From Squalus acanthias (Eukaryota), in contig CM059431.1 in assembly GCA_030390025.1 (NCBI GenBank), forward strand, positions 125,924,001 to 125,988,000: DNA of 64,000 bases, given 5' to 3'. The position numbers were made by a program, and so were the translations under genes. The notes below the pieces were generated by a model. The model did no database searches. It was not told where the DNA came from and worked only from the letters and a program-made list of their open reading frames with translations. Of the stretch, positions 59,697 through 64,000 are shown piece after piece (position 1 is the first letter of the stretch; each line of letters starts with the position of its first letter).

Positions 59697-62600
59697 GGGT
59701 TCGATTTTGCCAGGCCTGAGAAGGCAGGATTGGAGGCGTGTGAGGTGTTAAAATCACAAAAACGGCGTGCGGGCCCAATCCCGCCTCCATCCCGCCTCCG
59801 AACAATTTTCCCAGAATCGGGGTTTCAGACCCCGTTTCCATCCCGCCTCCAGGAGGCGGGATAGGCCCTTAAGGCCCTTAACAACCACTTAATTGCCTCT
59901 ATAATCCAATTTTGAGAGGCCTTTCTGATTTTTAGACATTTCCCCCATCCTACACGCCTCCTCTGGAACATGCCAGGTAATCCTGGCGGCCTCACAAGTG
60001 GATTGCTTAGTAACAGCTGCAGCTCCACCATTAAAAAGGAGTTTTCAGCAATCATCATTTGCAGGTGGCAGAACTTTGTTGTCTCAGGTCTGGGGGAACT
60101 TTTAGCAGGCCTACTCATTGTTGTGGAAGTTTGGAGCCTGACACCCATCTCCAGTGTGACCTCCTGGGAAACCCCTCTCTGCACCTTGACTGAGCACTTC
60201 CTCAACTGAGGTATATACCAGAAGCATGGGAACCATTTATTTCCTTTCCTCCTGGACATCAGATTCGGACGAAGACCAGCTGTGGCAGCAGCAGAACCAT
60301 GAACAACAGCAGCACCAACAGCAGCAGCAACAACAGGAACGCCAAGCTGCTGCTCACCCACCTGAAACTGCACAGGCCAGAAGGCGCCAGAGCGCGACCA
60401 CATTGCTGCCCGGGATGCAAGGGATGCACTCATGTTGGCCAGATTTGCTTAGCCTGCACAATCAAACACTTTTGTCTTGCACCTTCTTACCAGAGCATCC
60501 ACAATTGACAAGAACCTGCGGATTCCTATCACTCTGACCAGCAGACTGACAATTGAAAGTCGCCCTAAGCCCTCAATGTGGAAGTCCCATTTGCGAAATG
60601 ACACAGGCCACGACTTCAACAGTTTGCCATCAAATCTGTTTATGATATCATGACAAGGATGGCTGGTCCAAATACAATACATCACAGCTCCCAAGTGATT
60701 ACCCTTGTGACTACTTTTGCATTATCTTCCTCTTACGCGTGCTCCTACGTGGTGCTTCCCCTGTGGCTTCAGCAGATGTGGAGGCCCCTTGCTCACTTTC
60801 TTGCTGCTCCTGTCTCGACGCCTTTGGTGGACCTCCTCTGGGGTTGCGAACCTGTGAGGGTTCGGCAACAGTCTGCTGCTCCTGCGGCTATGCAGGGGCT
60901 GAGACGCCCATCTCAGTTGGGTGAGGACTCTGGTGGGGATCTGACCGAGAGCTTTGCAGTGGCATGGTCGTGTGGGCACTTGGAGAGGAGCCCCCACTTC
61001 CTTGTTGTCTGCCACCAACATCCCTCTCATGGGTCAGCCCCACTTCAGAGCTAGCAAGTGGCTTGACAGTACCTTGCTGCACTTCAGGGGAGCCATGAGG
61101 AACCGTTTCTGCACTGGAAGTCCTACTCCAGAGGACTTCCATGAAGGTCTGGTTTCTATGCTCAATAGCAATAGCTGACCATCGCTCCTCAAGAGATGTC
61201 ATTCTATTCTGAACAATGACCATGTTTTCAAGACCCTGGTGACTAAGCTCCTCCATGGCCGTTGCCACCCTCTCCTCTACCGTAGCCATCCTCTCCTCTA
61301 CGGTAGCCAGCCTTACCACGGAGTTAGCCATCCTTTCCACGGAGGTTGCCATCCTCTCCGTTGAGATGCGTTCATGCGCCAATGCCTCCACAAAGGCTCT
61401 GCTCATGTTCGCGATGGACTCCTCCATTCACTCCACACTCACAGCGACCCTGGAGACAAAACCTGCCAGAGACTCCTGCACCTGTTCCTGGAGTTCCAGC
61501 ACCGCTCTCCTTCTGGATGGACCCGGAGGCATAGGGTCGACATGCAGCTGAGCCGAGCTGGCAGAGTCCTGCGCCCACCAACGAGGACTCTCCACTGCTG
61601 TCCCTGTCTCCACCATTTGCTGATGCTCACTTGTGAGCTGTGATACACCAGGTGCCAACACTACTCTATCTCGCGAAGGTCCCACCGAGGTGTGAGTGTC
61701 TGCGCTGGTGCTGGGTGCGCTGAATTCTGCTGACGCTGCGCCCTCAGAGGTTGCAACTTCCTCTGAGGAGTCTGGAAGCTCAGGCTCTTCTTCCTGGACA
61801 GTGGGGACGGGGGCTCTCGATGGTCCTGTGGGGGAGTAAAGGAAAGAGTTAGAGATGTGAGGTCAAGGTTACATGCACATTGAATAGTGCAGATGATCAT
61901 AAGTCAATCTGTTAGAGCATCAGATCATTGACTCATGCAATGTCAGTGAGAGAGATGCCAAACTATTCTTTCACCAGCTTGCTGTGATGTGCCCGTCTGT
62001 CTGTCCGAACCCCACTTTGGAATCCTCCTCAATCCCGGTAAATTCCAGGGCCGCCTCCTCCCAGGTGGTGAGCTGGGCTACTGAGGGTGGCCCTCCTCCT
62101 GTCATGGCTCTTTCCCTCTTATTGTGGGCTCTCTTTTGCTGCAATGAGGGACACAAGTGGAGTTTGAGTGAGAATGAAGGAGTGAGTGTAGAGAATCCAT
62201 AGCATAGATGCTTAGAAGGAAACAAAGGGCCCTCTCTGTGTGTTGTAAGTTGTTGTTGTTGCATCACAGTGATAGGGAGTGTGAGGGCTACATGGTCAAA
62301 TAGTTAAGTGAATGTGACCATAGAGAGAGAGGGAGCAGGGATGTAAGTGTTAAGTGGGATGTGGAGGAAGAGGTTAGCAAAGCAGAGTGCTGGTGAAGAG
62401 AGGCGATGGGGATCAGATTGAGGGAGATGGGAAAGTCAGACTCACTTTTCCTGTGTGGAGAAGGTCATGAAACCTCTTCCTGCATTGCAGCCAGGTTCTG
62501 CGGCTCATCGATATGGAGTTGACCTCCTGGGCCACTTGCAGCCACACAGCTTTAGTCTGCTAGATAGAAACATAGATAGAAACATAGAATCTAGGAGCAG

Positions 62601-63399
62601 GAGTAGGCCATTCGGCCCGTCGAGCCTATTCCACCATTCAATACGATCATGGCTGATCATCCAAATCTCTGTCCCTGCTTTAATCCCCACAGTACACATA
62701 TCCCACACTACCCCCGTAACCCCATGTATTTAATTCGCCCTAACATATCCCATCCTATCCCCATAACCCCACATATTTAATCCCCCCCTAACACTAAGGG
62801 TCAATTTATCATAGCCAAATCAACCTAACCCGCACATTTTTGGACTGTGGGAGGAAACCGGAGCACCCGGAGGAAACCCACGCAGACACGGGGAGAAAGT
62901 GCAAACTCCACACAGACAGTCACCCGAGGTCAGATTCGAACCCGGGTCCCTGGCGCTGTGAGGCACCAGTGCTAACCACTATGCCACCGTGCTGCTGGGG
63001 AGGCTTTTTCCTGCCTGAGGAAGGGAAGAGCACCTCCTTATTCGATCTTGCTCCCTCCACCAGAGCTTGGAGGGAGGGCTCATCGAAGCGTGGAGCACAC
63101 TTTTGCCTGCTGGTGGACATAGTCGATCAATGAATTCCTTACTACAATCACCGTAAAGTTTGTAGTCTCCAGAAGAAGCAAGGATGCTTGCAGGCCTTAA
63201 ATCCAGCAGCATTGATGACATCATTGGAGGCGACTTTCTGTATGTAAAAACTCATTGGGCCAGGGGTTCCCACACGCTGGAAATCAATTGCCCAATTCGG
63301 GGAAAATTGCACTTTTCCCCACTTCACTTCGGAGTCTGGGTCCTGACACGAATGACACCTGACACGCCCCAGCCCGCCAAAACTGGCAAAATCGAGTCC
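59697..63399. mobile_element. Harbinger-family element with Myb/SANT-like gene remnants
   Basis: TIRs GGGTTCGATTTTGCCAG and CTGGCAAAATCGAGTCC (15/17), TSD TTT/TCT. APRFDEPSLQALVEG..KEVLFP at 62995-63120(-); MTGGGPP exon; coiled-coil exon 60888-61685. Confidence 0.82.
62561..62994 (-). repeat. V-SINE (HE1-like) inserted in the Myb exon
   Basis: Near-identical to 23401-23826. Confidence 0.85.
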
Positions 63400-64000
63400 T
63401 CTGTGTCTGTCTTCACGGAAGAAGATGCAAAAAACTTCCCAGAAATAGTGGAGAGGCATGGGTCTAGCGAGAATGAGGAATGAATGAAAGAAATTATTAT
63501 TAGAAAAAAAATAGTACTAGAGAAATTAATTGGACTGAAAGCCAATAAATCCCCTGGACCTGATGGCCGACATCCTAGGATTTTGAAAGAGGTGGCTATA
63601 GAGATAGTGGATGCATTGGTTGTCATTTTCCAAAATTCCATAGATTCTATAACGGTTCCCGGGGATTGGAAGGTAGCAAATGTAACCCCTCTACTTAAGA
63701 AAGGAGGGAGAGAGAAAACGGGGAACTACAGACCAGTTAGCCTGACATCAGTAGTAGGGCAAATGCTAGAATCGATTATTAAGGATGTGGTAACAGGGCA
63801 CTTAGAAATAATAATAGGATTGGGCAGAGTCAATACGGATTTCTGAAAGGGAAATCGTGTTTGATGAATCTGTTAGAGTTTTTTGAGGTTGTAACTAGCA
63901 GAATAGATAAGGGGGAACCAGTGGATGTGGTGTATTTGGATTTTCAGAAGGCATTCGATAAGGTGCCACACAAAAGGTTATTAAACAAAATTAGGGCTCA

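Larger units (their letters stand above)
59410..64000 (+). mobile_element. CR1 ORF2 fragment split by a Harbinger element; runs off the right edge
   Basis: AAATACTTT|GTGTCTGTCTTCACG rejoins across 59697-63402; [29 protein letters not shown]. Confidence 0.9.

Noticed and set aside
60226..60537. Poly-Q ORFs here and at 11250-11477
   Set aside because: CAG/CAA-rich tracts inside degraded Harbinger elements; no evidence of a host gene.
1..64000. CRISPR arrays, rRNA, genuine tRNA genes or prokaryotic operons
   Set aside because: None seen; tRNA-like boxes belong to SINE heads and the DNA is vertebrate repeat-rich sequence.

Overview
Vertebrate genomic DNA, most likely from a shark or ray (inferred from the repeat set: CR1, L2, RTE, HE1/V-SINE-like, Deu-SINE-like and Penelope-derived repeats). 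No host gene exon could be supported; the window is almost entirely transposable elements. The centre is a nested stack. A Harbinger transposon (30565-58856, TSD ATG) has its transposase split by a degraded endogenous foamy-like retrovirus on the minus strand (31311-55516; tRNA-Lys PBS, foamy-type Gag, RT, RNase H and integrase; env essentially deleted). The 5' LTR of that provirus carries a CR1 LINE. Its 3' LTR carries an apparently intact, very young 12.8-kb provirus (32472-45295). The young provirus has near-identical 1712-bp LTRs, open gag, pol and env, a UGA-CUAG gag-pol readthrough junction and a PSAPPSY late domain. Its envelope resembles a paramyxovirus-type F protein (lokiretrovirus-like) and appears to carry an N-terminal immunoglobulin-like domain. 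A diverged LTR of the same family lies at 1-873. All family assignments come from motif recognition by eye; no searches were run.
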